Shown here: in pieces, positions 7,285 to 16,370 of the stretch
Layout of the letters: each line of letters begins with the position of its first letter
Numbering within the stretch: position 1 is the stretch's first letter
Origin: a virus
Virus record (IMG/VR): IMGVR_UViG_3300027733_000032
Length of the DNA stretch: 64,000 nt
Reading direction: 5' to 3' (one strand)
Position numbers and translations under genes: made by a program
Notes under the pieces: model-generated
The model's database searches: none
Told to the model about the DNA's origin: nothing
What the model saw: the letters and a program-made list of their open reading frames with translations, nothing else

Positions 7285-7712
7285 TTGAGTTAATTGAAAA
7301 TGGAGACATCTTTGACGGCAAGGCAGATGCTTTTTGTCATGGCGTGAACACCAAGGGTGTCATGGGTGGGCTTGCTGGCGAAATCGCAAAACGATTTCCA
7401 GACTTGGCACACCTGTACGAGGCAATGTGCGAACTTCGTCAGTTGGATGGGGGAGATATTCTTCCTGTGTTTTTTGACAAGTGGTGGATTTATAATCTCG
7501 TCACACAAATTGAACCTGGCGCTGATGCTCGATTGGATTTAATTGAGGAAACAGTAGTGAAGATGATTGAACACGCACAAGTGAACGGCGTTAAATCAAT
7601 CAATGTCCCTAAAATAGGTTCAGGTATAGGTGGCCTCAAGTGGGATGACGTTCTATCCGTAATAACTAAAGTGGGAGAAGATTCTCCGGTTGTTCTTCGG
7701 GTGTGTATTTAG
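7281..7712 (+). CDS. Macrodomain (ADP-ribose binding/hydrolase)
   Basis: NGDIF, HGVNTKGVMGG, AKRFP, IYNLVTQ, PKIGSGIGGLKW. Confidence 0.9.
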   Translation: MIELIENGDIFDGKADAFCHGVNTKGVMGGLAGEIAKRFPDLAHLYEAMCELRQLDGGDILPVFFDKWWIYNLVTQIEPGADARLDLIEETVVKMIEHAQVNGVKSINVPKIGSGIGGLKWDDVLSVITKVGEDSPVVLRVCI

Positions 7713-7744
7713 TCAGAAGAATCTAATTTCATGGTCACTGGTTT

Positions 7745-10700
7745 TTAAATGGATTTTTTGTTTTTCCCAATTTGTTCTCTAGTTTGACTCATGTTTTCAT
7801 TTTGTGAACGTTCTCGGCCCAATTGGCTAGGGCTATTCCATTTTCTGTAATCGTTGCGTGTTAGACCTGCTTCAACCCTAATCTCCCGAACTGTAGTCTT
7901 GCCAATGCCAAGTTCTCGTGCTATTTCTGTGTCAACTTTACCCAATTTATGAAGTGCAATAATTTTTTTGTTTCGTGCCACCACCGACGCTGGTATTCCT
8001 GCCTTTCCCCATTTCCCCGTTGCGGCCTGCCCTGCTTTTAAATTTGATGGAATATTATTATTTATTCGATGATTACGGATTGCGCCCCTAGTAACGCCGA
8101 GTTTTTCTGCTATTTGAATATCACTCATCCCGTAAGCAAGCATTTCAAATATCTGTTGTATCTGTTCGTCAGTTAGGCGATTATTGCCTGTTGGGGGAAT
8201 GTTGTTTTTTATTCGAAATTGACGAACCGCACCCATTGTTACGCCAAGTTTTTTCATTATTTCACTATTTCCTGCCCCATCAGCAAGCATTTCAAGCATC
8301 TGTTGTTTTTGTTCGTCAGTTAGGCGAGTACGTGAACTCATTCCACTAATAATTTTGTTTTTATCTGGTCGTGAACTCAAATTTTCTAAAGTGGATTTGA
8401 GGACAAATTCATAACGGTCCTTAGATGCTTCTTTCTCTGCTCGTAGTAATAGTTCTGGTGAAACCTCGGTCAACTTAATTGAACGAGTTGACGTGCTGCG
8501 AACGCCTTCCCTACTTGTGTTTTCAGCGTCTAGAAGTGCGATGAGTTCTCTGGTGGAGCCATCAAATGCGTGGTTAAATTCGCCGAACCTAATCTTTCCT
8601 AGGAGGTCTACAACGCCTTGAAGTTCTTCACTGGTTTCCCTTTCGGGGTACGTTTGCTTAAATATTTGAGGAATTCCATACTCTCCTAGCCAATAGAGTG
8701 CCATAGCATCGCGCTCTTCTTCTGTAAGGTCGAGTAAGTCGCTATCTAAGATAAAAGATGTGATGGCCATGGCGTTCGCCCACTCGCCATGTCTATCAAA
8801 ACCACGACCAGTACCAAAGTGGCCCAGAATGTCGTGCTCTATATCCGGGATTGCACTGCCCCTTGCTGGATTTAGCAGAAGACCCACATATTGCTGGACC
8901 CAAGAGCCGTCAAGGTTTTTGTATTCTTGATATTTCTCAGATAAATCATGACCTTGTAATTTTCTTATAATATCCCTAAATTGTTTTTCGAATTTTTCCC
9001 TGGCTTCCTCAGTCGCGCGGTGGTCTCGCCCTACACGGAATTGATTTGTATAGGAAGTGTCTTTTGGGCTTTTAATTTTATACTTTAATTGAGGAAGGAT
9101 GCTTGCCAAATACTCTACGCTTGGTGCTTCAATTTCTGACCAATCCCTATTTGGGAGAATTGAACTTATGGTTGGATGTGGTTGAGCAAAAATGACGGGT
9201 ATACCGTTGGACGAAACTTTAATTGAAATTGACTTAATCGCTTCTTTGGTTTTTTCGTCTATTGGCGTAGTCGGGTTGTCAGACAAAAGATTTTTAATTT
9301 TATCTATTGTTTTTTGCCTTGTAGCAAATGTTGAATTATTCTCGTCCTCATAAATTTGAAGAAGTGCTTGTCTTGCTGCGTCTTTTTCTGTTTCATTAAG
9401 TTCTAGTTCGTCAAGAATCTCCTCAAAGTCTCGCCCGTCTAAAATGGGATAAGTATCGGTACGTGAACTCATTCCACGACGACCACGTGCTTCTTCTGTT
9501 TCGCGAAGTATGCGGTCAATAGGGTCTTCATTTGTAACACGAGGACGACTCTGTTCTCTTGCCGTGCGGTCTGGCTGACCACCTCTGCCTCTGGCTTGTC
9601 GTTGAGGGCTAGAAACAGGTCCGTATAATTCGTCCCACTCACGCATTTGGGCGTCGACTGCATTTTGGTTATCAGGACTTGGGTCCGTGTAGAGTTTTAT
9701 GCCAGAAATACCGCGAACTCGCACTAATTGAGGTCCAATGAGTTCCGTTCTGATTATTCGGTCATCTTCATCTGCGTAAACAAGAGTTGTCCCTGGCTGA
9801 AGTTTTATCTTCTCATCTGGCGCAAGTTCAATTGGACGGAACCGTTCTTTCTCAGAATCTGTCATATCGCGTCGTCGCGAACTCATGCCACCAACACTAG
9901 TTAAATTAGTATAAATATCATTATCTAGTGATTCTCTTAGAATTTTTTGTCTTGCGTCCTTACTTTGTTTTTTAATTTCACCATCTTCATCAAATCGGAA
10001 GAAGTGTCCTTGTATTTCCCAAACTAATTTTGGTCGACCAAAGCCTTCGTATAGTTCTACGACTGTTTCAATTTGGCTAGGCGTAAGTTTTTCTATTTTT
10101 GCATCAAGGTTTAGGTGTGCTCCTTCTCCTTGTATTGTGACGCGCGCTGTATCCAGGCGGAGAATGCCGTCTTTGAAAGAGTTAATATAATTATGTTCGT
10201 CGCCATGCCAAAATACTGGATATATTTCTCCATCCGGATAAATCCAGGCACCACGATATGGAACTTTCACGAATTCTCGGGCCGAGATGAAATCTCTATT
10301 CATCGGTCTTTTATTTGCGCCTTTTATACGCCCTGTGTTTTCAAAAAGTTTTCTTAGTCTGAGCATTTCTCTTGCCTGATTTAAAACAAATTCTTTTTTT
10401 TCATCATCTAAGGCAAATTTGTCAATGGCATCAATTATTCGTTCAAGTTCTGGGGAATCATAATTTAGTGGGTTTTCCCTTATCTTGTCTCGTTTATACA
10501 TAAAAACTTTATTCAAATCATTAAGTCCTGCTTGACTCAATAAATTGTTGCCTTTTTTATCTTTTAATCTAATTTCAGAATCAGACAATTCAAGATTCAT
10601 GTCAAGAATGTCGAATAATGGACCCCACTTTTCTTTAAATTGTCTATTGGTTATTTTGTCTAATAATTTTTCTTGACGAGTAGTTTCTTCTTTAATAAAA

Positions 10701-12718
10701 TTAATTCGACTAGTGCTACTCAAGCCAAGTGGTGTTGGTATAAGTTTTCCAGGACGTGCTGGCTTAAAGCCCGCTTGACCAGAGCCACGACTTAAAGGTT
10801 CTCCGAATTTACCAATTTCCTTAGGTATGGATACGCCTTTTGAAAGTTTGAGCATTTCGTCATAGATTTCTTGGCGTTTTTTAACGTTCTTCTCATCACG
10901 ATACTTTTCATAAAGAGGTGTAAGTTTATTTTTTAATCGATAAGAAGATGGCGTATGGAATTGGATTTCATAAAAGAATCCGTCAGGATGGTCCACCATT
11001 ACGTTAATACCCTTGTAGGGGTCTCCTGACGTCCAGTAATTTGTCACCGATGCATTGTGCCCCTTCTTGGCCAAGGCAGAGATGACACCAAGAACGTCGT
11101 TTGTATATTTATTCACATCATCTGATTCAAATGTATAACGCAATGGGTCGTTCATTGACGTAATTGAGTCAGTGAGGTCTCCATCGAACAGGTTTTGCAA
11201 GCGTTGAGCCTTCAGGGCAAGTGATTCGACTGGTTTTTGTCTGTTTTTAAGACCACGCAAGTAAAGACTTGAGCCCTTTTTGTCGGCGAGACCCTTCATC
11301 ATTTGTGTTAGTTCAGGTTCATGTTGCGAAACAAACTTCATGAATTCTTGCGCTTCCTTTACGGCACGCTGAGAAGCAATATTTGATTTACCTACAGAAC
11401 GCAAGCCAGCGATAATTGGTGAACTTGGCAATGATGGACGCATCCATGGCGTTGCGTCTTGAACTAGACCATCATTATCAGCATCAATTGCGTCTGGGTC
11501 ATAAATTTGTACGGAGTTAATGGCACGTAGGGCAGGACCAAGTGCTTTTTCTGTCATGTACTTGTCGGCAATTCGCTTAATTGTATTTTTAATTGACTGT
11601 CTACGTGATTCAAAACCATCACCAGCCAACTCCGCAATTTTCTCAATCGGGTGCATGGATATTATTGGCTTCTTTTTATCGCGATAAGAAATTTCTTCTT
11701 CAATATCCTTGAGCCACTCCAGGTATTGCTCTGCATCTTCTCGCGATTTAAACTTGCCAAGATGTTCCCCATTTTTTGAAAAATAGGAAGAAGCGTTAGA
11801 TTGCTCTATTGTCTGCCCAAATTTTGTTATTAGCGGAACAATAATAAACATTCCTGCCTCGTCGCCAGAACCGTCAATTATGATTGGCTCAATAAGTGCC
11901 AAACTTCCATTTTGTTTTTCAATTGGCTCCCTATTGTCGATATCTAGATTCCCGGGAATAAAAGGTTTTACGGGTGGGTCGCCACCATATGACGGCGCAT
12001 TGGTAATTTCATTTAGTTTTTCTTTATTTGGAGAAAATGCTTGTTCTAATGGTTCCGTACTGACCATGCGGTCTTTTTCTGATGATGTATCAGAAAAAAC
12101 TTTTGGTGCATCAGGATTATTTGCAACTTCTTGAACGCTCGGCCCAAGTGTCTTTGAACGTGTTTTCTTGGAGGCATTAGCCGCCCTTTGTGTGTTTGCT
12201 ACGAATTGCTTACCTGTCTTGTCTCCCGCTAGTTTTTTGGCAATTGTCGCTCGTCTCTGAGAGGGGGTGAGTCGTTTCCATGCTGCCGCTGGGAGATAGC
12301 GGGTCATCCCACCTTTTCTTCGTGCAGGCTTGCCGTCCGAGGTCGTCCATCGTTCGCTTGTCCATTTTTTCAAAGAACGCTGGGTCCTACCAGGCTTGCC
12401 TCTATAGCCTCCACCAGCACGACGGTATGCTTGCGCTACGAGTTGTGCTTTTCGAGCAGACCACTGGCCCGGTCGACCGCCATCCGAACCAGCCATGATT
12501 CGCCGTTTGATTGTTTCGCGTAATTGTGGACGAGTGTATGGGATTTGTTTAATACCAAAACTGGGCTCGGTATCCCCTGCGTCATCTAGGAAATCTTTAG
12601 TTGCCTTTTCAACCCATCCAGGGGTGCTTCCATAGGCGCTGCGAGAAGAAGGGACCCTAAAGTTGCTTTGGCTTAATCGAGGCCGACCATTTCTATCCGT
12701 ATGTTCAACTTCTTGCAT
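7745..12718 (-). CDS. Large modular (polyvalent) protein: DUF5872-like basic domain, RelA/SpoT-type nucleotidyltransferase domain, zincin-like segment and C-terminal HTH repeats
   Basis: ATG at 12718 has a GGAG SD. Motifs: GQWSARKAQL; RQK..SL..K, DPLRYT, YKGIN, EIQFHT; EHDILGHFGTGRGFDRHGE; RLTDEQ..HTH x2. Confidence 0.85.
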   Translation of the reverse strand: MQEVEHTDRNGRPRLSQSNFRVPSSRSAYGSTPGWVEKATKDFLDDAGDTEPSFGIKQIPYTRPQLRETIKRRIMAGSDGGRPGQWSARKAQLVAQAYRRAGGGYRGKPGRTQRSLKKWTSERWTTSDGKPARRKGGMTRYLPAAAWKRLTPSQRRATIAKKLAGDKTGKQFVANTQRAANASKKTRSKTLGPSVQEVANNPDAPKVFSDTSSEKDRMVSTEPLEQAFSPNKEKLNEITNAPSYGGDPPVKPFIPGNLDIDNREPIEKQNGSLALIEPIIIDGSGDEAGMFIIVPLITKFGQTIEQSNASSYFSKNGEHLGKFKSREDAEQYLEWLKDIEEEISYRDKKKPIISMHPIEKIAELAGDGFESRRQSIKNTIKRIADKYMTEKALGPALRAINSVQIYDPDAIDADNDGLVQDATPWMRPSLPSSPIIAGLRSVGKSNIASQRAVKEAQEFMKFVSQHEPELTQMMKGLADKKGSSLYLRGLKNRQKPVESLALKAQRLQNLFDGDLTDSITSMNDPLRYTFESDDVNKYTNDVLGVISALAKKGHNASVTNYWTSGDPYKGINVMVDHPDGFFYEIQFHTPSSYRLKNKLTPLYEKYRDEKNVKKRQEIYDEMLKLSKGVSIPKEIGKFGEPLSRGSGQAGFKPARPGKLIPTPLGLSSTSRINFIKEETTRQEKLLDKITNRQFKEKWGPLFDILDMNLELSDSEIRLKDKKGNNLLSQAGLNDLNKVFMYKRDKIRENPLNYDSPELERIIDAIDKFALDDEKKEFVLNQAREMLRLRKLFENTGRIKGANKRPMNRDFISAREFVKVPYRGAWIYPDGEIYPVFWHGDEHNYINSFKDGILRLDTARVTIQGEGAHLNLDAKIEKLTPSQIETVVELYEGFGRPKLVWEIQGHFFRFDEDGEIKKQSKDARQKILRESLDNDIYTNLTSVGGMSSRRRDMTDSEKERFRPIELAPDEKIKLQPGTTLVYADEDDRIIRTELIGPQLVRVRGISGIKLYTDPSPDNQNAVDAQMREWDELYGPVSSPQRQARGRGGQPDRTAREQSRPRVTNEDPIDRILRETEEARGRRGMSSRTDTYPILDGRDFEEILDELELNETEKDAARQALLQIYEDENNSTFATRQKTIDKIKNLLSDNPTTPIDEKTKEAIKSISIKVSSNGIPVIFAQPHPTISSILPNRDWSEIEAPSVEYLASILPQLKYKIKSPKDTSYTNQFRVGRDHRATEEAREKFEKQFRDIIRKLQGHDLSEKYQEYKNLDGSWVQQYVGLLLNPARGSAIPDIEHDILGHFGTGRGFDRHGEWANAMAITSFILDSDLLDLTEEERDAMALYWLGEYGIPQIFKQTYPERETSEELQGVVDLLGKIRFGEFNHAFDGSTRELIALLDAENTSREGVRSTSTRSIKLTEVSPELLLRAEKEASKDRYEFVLKSTLENLSSRPDKNKIISGMSSRTRLTDEQKQQMLEMLADGAGNSEIMKKLGVTMGAVRQFRIKNNIPPTGNNRLTDEQIQQIFEMLAYGMSDIQIAEKLGVTRGAIRNHRINNNIPSNLKAGQAATGKWGKAGIPASVVARNKKIIALHKLGKVDTEIARELGIGKTTVREIRVEAGLTRNDYRKWNSPSQLGRERSQNENMSQTREQIGKNKKSI
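8328..9477 (-). repeat. Exact 19-nt direct repeat encoding the GMSSRT linker
   Basis: GTACGTGAACTCATTCCAC at 8328-8346 and 9459-9477. Confidence 0.9.
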
Positions 12719-12740
12719 AAATTCTCCCAAGTGAGCGGGA

Positions 12741-13118
12741 TTAATTCATCTTCACGACGCCGTCGGGAATGACAGCGAATCGGCATTTTCCTTCTGGTTC
12801 AACGGGCATCGCTATAATCTTGCAGGAACCTCCACCCTCCCATAGGGTGCAATTCGAGCACTTTACTCCAATGTCTTTTTTGTTATTCTCAGCCGCCGAC
12901 TTATATCCAGCCCAGACTCCGGTGGCATCCTCGTTGAATTTTCCGTATTTCTGAGTTATAGCAATGAGAAAATCGGCCAATTCGTGTTCCTGTGGGTCAA
13001 GTTTGGCAGCAGTCAGGGCTACGGGGAGAGGGGAGGACGCTGTTAGGGGCGTTGATTCGACGACGAGGCTGACTTTACCGTTGAGTATTTCTTGAATAGT
13101 AGAAGGCTTCTGTTCCAT
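12741..13118 (-). CDS. Protein with a C-terminal HiPIP-like 4-Cys domain
   Basis: GY...GVKCSNCTLW....SCKII..PVEPEGKC matches the Y..C-x2-C..C..P.G.C spacing of short HiPIPs. Confidence 0.65.
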   Translation of the reverse strand: MEQKPSTIQEILNGKVSLVVESTPLTASSPLPVALTAAKLDPQEHELADFLIAITQKYGKFNEDATGVWAGYKSAAENNKKDIGVKCSNCTLWEGGGSCKIIAMPVEPEGKCRFAVIPDGVVKMN

Positions 13119-13144
13119 AACATTTATTATGCCATAGTTAACTA

Positions 13145-13306
13145 CTAGCGGGAGCGACCCTGTCCACGATATGCCTTTTTGTAGTTTTTGGATGACTTTA
13201 GGGCTGATGTTCCTCTTTTTGAATGGACGCCCTTATTTTTGGTCGTCTCTTCAATAACACGAGCAATTGTCGTTGTTGTTCTTGTTTTTGGTGAAGGTTT
13301 TGCCAT
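13145..13306 (-). CDS. Small very basic protein (53 aa, not in the ORF track)
   Basis: MAKPSPKTRTTTTIARVIEETTKNKGVHSKRGTSALKSSKNYKKAYRGQGRSR*; ends in the KNYKKxYRGQG motif seen in small phage proteins. Confidence 0.7.
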   Translation of the reverse strand: MAKPSPKTRTTTTIARVIEETTKNKGVHSKRGTSALKSSKNYKKAYRGQGRSR

Positions 13307-13364
13307 ACCTAATAATACACTAATACTAAGTAAAATATATAAAAGATTATTTATACTATAAAGT

Positions 13365-13562
13365 TCAACGCATTAGTTTCTGTATTTCTTGCATCTGAAA
13401 ATAAAGTAACTGAATCGTACGATTTGCCAAATCAGTAATATCTGGATTGGATGAATTCTTCGCAAAGTCGTTACACATTTGAATCCCTATTTTATGATTG
13501 CTCTCTATCATGCCAAGAAATCTCTCTTCTTCGGCTGAATATTCATTGTTGGTGGGATTCAT
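13365..13562 (-). CDS. DUF305/ferritin-like helical protein (single half)
   Basis: FLGMIESNHKIGIQM...NPDITDLANRTI..Q.QEI..M; ATG overlaps the whiB stop (TAATG). Confidence 0.55.
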   Translation of the reverse strand: MNPTNNEYSAEEERFLGMIESNHKIGIQMCNDFAKNSSNPDITDLANRTIQLLYFQMQEIQKLMR

Positions 13563-13864
13563 TAGCCACCCCACATTTGGGCCAATGTCGGCCTAGTAGG
13601 AGATATCCCCCTGCGCCGCTGCTCTGCTGCTAATTGCCTACTTGTTAGACCGGCCCAAACACCATGCATGTCTGCTGGCGGAAACTCAAGAGCATATTCA
13701 AGGCATCTAGCCTTTACTGGACACTCAGAACATAGTGCCCTGGCCTCAACAATATAGGTAATGTCTTTGTGTTCTTTTGGGAACATCAAATTACCCTTAC
13801 CCTTACATGAAGCATCTTTCATCCATTGGTGGTCACTGATTCCAAATGGTGGGAAATCATTCAT
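13562..13864 (-). CDS. whiB: WhiB-family Fe-S transcription factor
   Basis: W...ASC...FP...A.ALCSECPVKARCLEYAL...GVWAGLTSRQ: four Cys plus the GVWAG turn. Confidence 0.95.
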   Translation of the reverse strand: MNDFPPFGISDHQWMKDASCKGKGNLMFPKEHKDITYIVEARALCSECPVKARCLEYALEFPPADMHGVWAGLTSRQLAAEQRRRGISPTRPTLAQMWGG

Positions 13865-14496
13865 GTACTTTTTTTCCTAGACTGTATTGTGTTTTCGTCC
13901 TGATGGTAAATGGCATACGGCGGACCTGTGTGAGGGTCGTATTTCGCCGTAATGGACATCGCTTTCAGAACGTGTTTTTTTGCTACAGCAAGTGAGAATG
14001 GGCGAGGCGGCATTAGTGCAGAAAGGGAACCGAGCGCATACTGTAATCCGCTTCCTATTGAGTACATGCCGCTTGAGTCAATTGACCACGCGTAATCATT
14101 TTCTATTTGATAAATTGTTCTATTGACAACAACCAGCATTTCGGAACCATGTTCCGCCAAGTGTTGGGACGCTTCCCTCGGAGGCGGCGAATATCCATTT
14201 GCATCAAAACACTCGCGCAATGCAGGAGTGAATTTATTTGTAACAAACTCATCAAGTTTCTTTCCCTTAAGTCCTGGAGCGGGCTGAGGAGGTTGAAACG
14301 AGTAATTTATGAGATTTATAGCGCGAAGGTCGCCTGCGACACCAACTAAGATATTGCCAATTTGAGCAATCTTCGAGATTCCCGCAGCGAGCGTTTGAAT
14401 TCGAGAAACATATCCCTCATCATCAATGCTTGAGATGCGACTATCGGAACACAGAACAGCAAAACCATCCCCCTGAATTCCGATAATTGTTGTCAT
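13861..14496 (-). CDS. Proteasome beta/HslV-like Ntn protease
   Basis: N-terminal MTTIIG, SDSRIS, catalytic-type Lys (SKI), SIGSG. Confidence 0.85.
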   Translation of the reverse strand: MTTIIGIQGDGFAVLCSDSRISSIDDEGYVSRIQTLAAGISKIAQIGNILVGVAGDLRAINLINYSFQPPQPAPGLKGKKLDEFVTNKFTPALRECFDANGYSPPPREASQHLAEHGSEMLVVVNRTIYQIENDYAWSIDSSGMYSIGSGLQYALGSLSALMPPRPFSLAVAKKHVLKAMSITAKYDPHTGPPYAIYHQDENTIQSRKKST

Positions 14497-14497
14497 T

Positions 14498-15706
14498 TTA
14501 GGACTTGCTCTTTTTTACAGGAGTCTTTGTGCTTGCGAGGGTCTTTGTGCGGTCTGAAATAAATTCTTTCCCGCGGAACATTCCCCAGCCTGAATAAATT
14601 GGCATACATTCATATGAGAACTTATGGTCGCCGCCATCCTCGTACATTACGACTCCAAGACCTTGCTGCCAGTTTTCGTGGCGCACGAGAGGGCGACCGT
14701 CTAGGTCGACTCCACCTCGCGTGCTAGGAATGGCTCCATCGATGCGAGCAAGACATCCAGGTGAAGCGGCCATGATTGTTCGTGCGCCATCCCAGTCTTC
14801 ACGAGTCTTGAATGCACACTCAATGCGGTGAATGTGGCCGTAAATAACGCTACTTTTTTCAGCATTCAGGTACACGTGGGCGGTTGAGCCACCACTTTTC
14901 ACGCGGTCACCGTGAATGATGCGCAATTTCTGATTAACCCAAATGTCAGAAGCCGGATATCCAGGCCTGTACTCCACACCAAAATCATCCATTCGACATA
15001 GATATGGAACCGACATAACTGGCCAGGATTCCGGCGTATTGCCCTTGCGCAATCCATAAGCGGCACCAGCATTTTGAACAAGATACTTAGGCATCCGCTC
15101 TTCATGGTTGCCAGCAAGCCAGACAATTTGTGCATGTGGGGCAGCGTGGCGCATTTCGGCACAGAATGTAGTCGCTCTGTCGATTGTTGCCTGTGTTGTC
15201 AGCGCATAACTTGGATAAATCACATACTTGCCCATTTCTGGCAAGTCAAGGTTGTCTCCGACACAAACAATAAGTTCTGGCTTCAAGTGCTTGATGACGT
15301 TGAGCGCAACACTAATGGCGTCCTCGTCATGTGTTGGCTCCAAATCCCCATCACGATTTCTGAAATAACCAAATTGGATATCAGGTATGACGACACATGT
15401 CTTGAAAGTTTCAGCAGCCCTTGGAACTGAGGTGTTTTTGGGCAATCTGACTTCTGGGCCGCGTTGAATAATTGGCCATTCTGGGCCAGTTTCCCACTTG
15501 GGAGAAATTTGAATTGCAGCAAGGTCCACAATCTGTGGCTCGCCGTTCTCGTCCTTGAGCATTGATTGATAAATGGAGATTCTAGTAATATCGCCAACTT
15601 CATTAATATCAATGTTCTTGGAAGCAAGAAGGTCAGCGATTGCCCCAATCGTCTTAGCATTGGTCTCTTTTTGTTTTTCTTCGCCGATTTTATCTGAGAT
15701 ACTCAT
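14498..15706 (-). CDS. Calcineurin-like metallophosphoesterase
   Basis: PDIQ, GDNLD, GNHE, HGD, GHIH; ATG at 15706 overlaps the upstream TGA. Confidence 0.9.
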   Translation of the reverse strand: MSISDKIGEEKQKETNAKTIGAIADLLASKNIDINEVGDITRISIYQSMLKDENGEPQIVDLAAIQISPKWETGPEWPIIQRGPEVRLPKNTSVPRAAETFKTCVVIPDIQFGYFRNRDGDLEPTHDEDAISVALNVIKHLKPELIVCVGDNLDLPEMGKYVIYPSYALTTQATIDRATTFCAEMRHAAPHAQIVWLAGNHEERMPKYLVQNAGAAYGLRKGNTPESWPVMSVPYLCRMDDFGVEYRPGYPASDIWVNQKLRIIHGDRVKSGGSTAHVYLNAEKSSVIYGHIHRIECAFKTREDWDGARTIMAASPGCLARIDGAIPSTRGGVDLDGRPLVRHENWQQGLGVVMYEDGGDHKFSYECMPIYSGWGMFRGKEFISDRTKTLASTKTPVKKSKS

Positions 15707-15969
15707 TTGCTTGTCTCCCGCATAAATCCGCATTTACAAAGATGGTTGTTTTCAAAGCAAAGACGTGCCTTAATGAGCGTGTCTTTGCATAATTGAATGC
15801 CTTCGCTATAAAGAATTTTTTCTAATGCCCGTGCGGATATTGAATTTGATGTCACTGCATCCATGAGGGCTTTCTGGTCGTCTGCAGACAAGCCCTCCAC
15901 GGTCTTGGCAAAATGGCACGTCTTGGTGCTCGCGCTTTGCTGGAACAATGTGATTTTTTCTGAAAGCAT
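15703..15969 (-). CDS. Hypothetical protein (helical, Cys-containing)
   Basis: 88 aa, translationally coupled to the phosphoesterase. Confidence 0.7.
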   Translation of the reverse strand: MLSEKITLFQQSASTKTCHFAKTVEGLSADDQKALMDAVTSNSISARALEKILYSEGIQLCKDTLIKARLCFENNHLCKCGFMRETSK

Positions 15970-16037
15970 TGCTTACCTCCCTTTATTCTGTGTAATCTTG
16001 CTTTTATCGAACATTAGTTCTATGAGAGAAGTACTTA

Positions 16038-16370
16038 ATGGATTCAAACAAAATGTTAAATTTGTGGGGCAGTAATATTGAATCGTTAAAAAGTGGCGGC
16101 ATTCTTTCAACCAATGGGAGAGTGCTCTTGGCAATTATTTATGATAATCGAATTACGCAAATTGCAATTTCGGTGACGTTGAATCTTTCTGAGTCCGCAA
16201 TTGAAAAATCTGTTGCGTTCTGGAAGAACGCAGGTATTATCGAAGTGCGGAAGATTGGAAGACGAAATGTCTACGCCATTAATTTCGACACCCTGCACAC
16301 TCACCCTGATTTTGTAATAATGAAAGCACTTATAGAAAATGAAAATCAAATACAACTCAAAGTCACATGA
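16038..16370 (+). CDS. Winged-helix DNA-binding protein
   Basis: ITQIAISVTLNLSESAIEKSV..W...GIIEVRKIGRRNVY. Confidence 0.7.
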   Translation: MDSNKMLNLWGSNIESLKSGGILSTNGRVLLAIIYDNRITQIAISVTLNLSESAIEKSVAFWKNAGIIEVRKIGRRNVYAINFDTLHTHPDFVIMKALIENENQIQLKVT

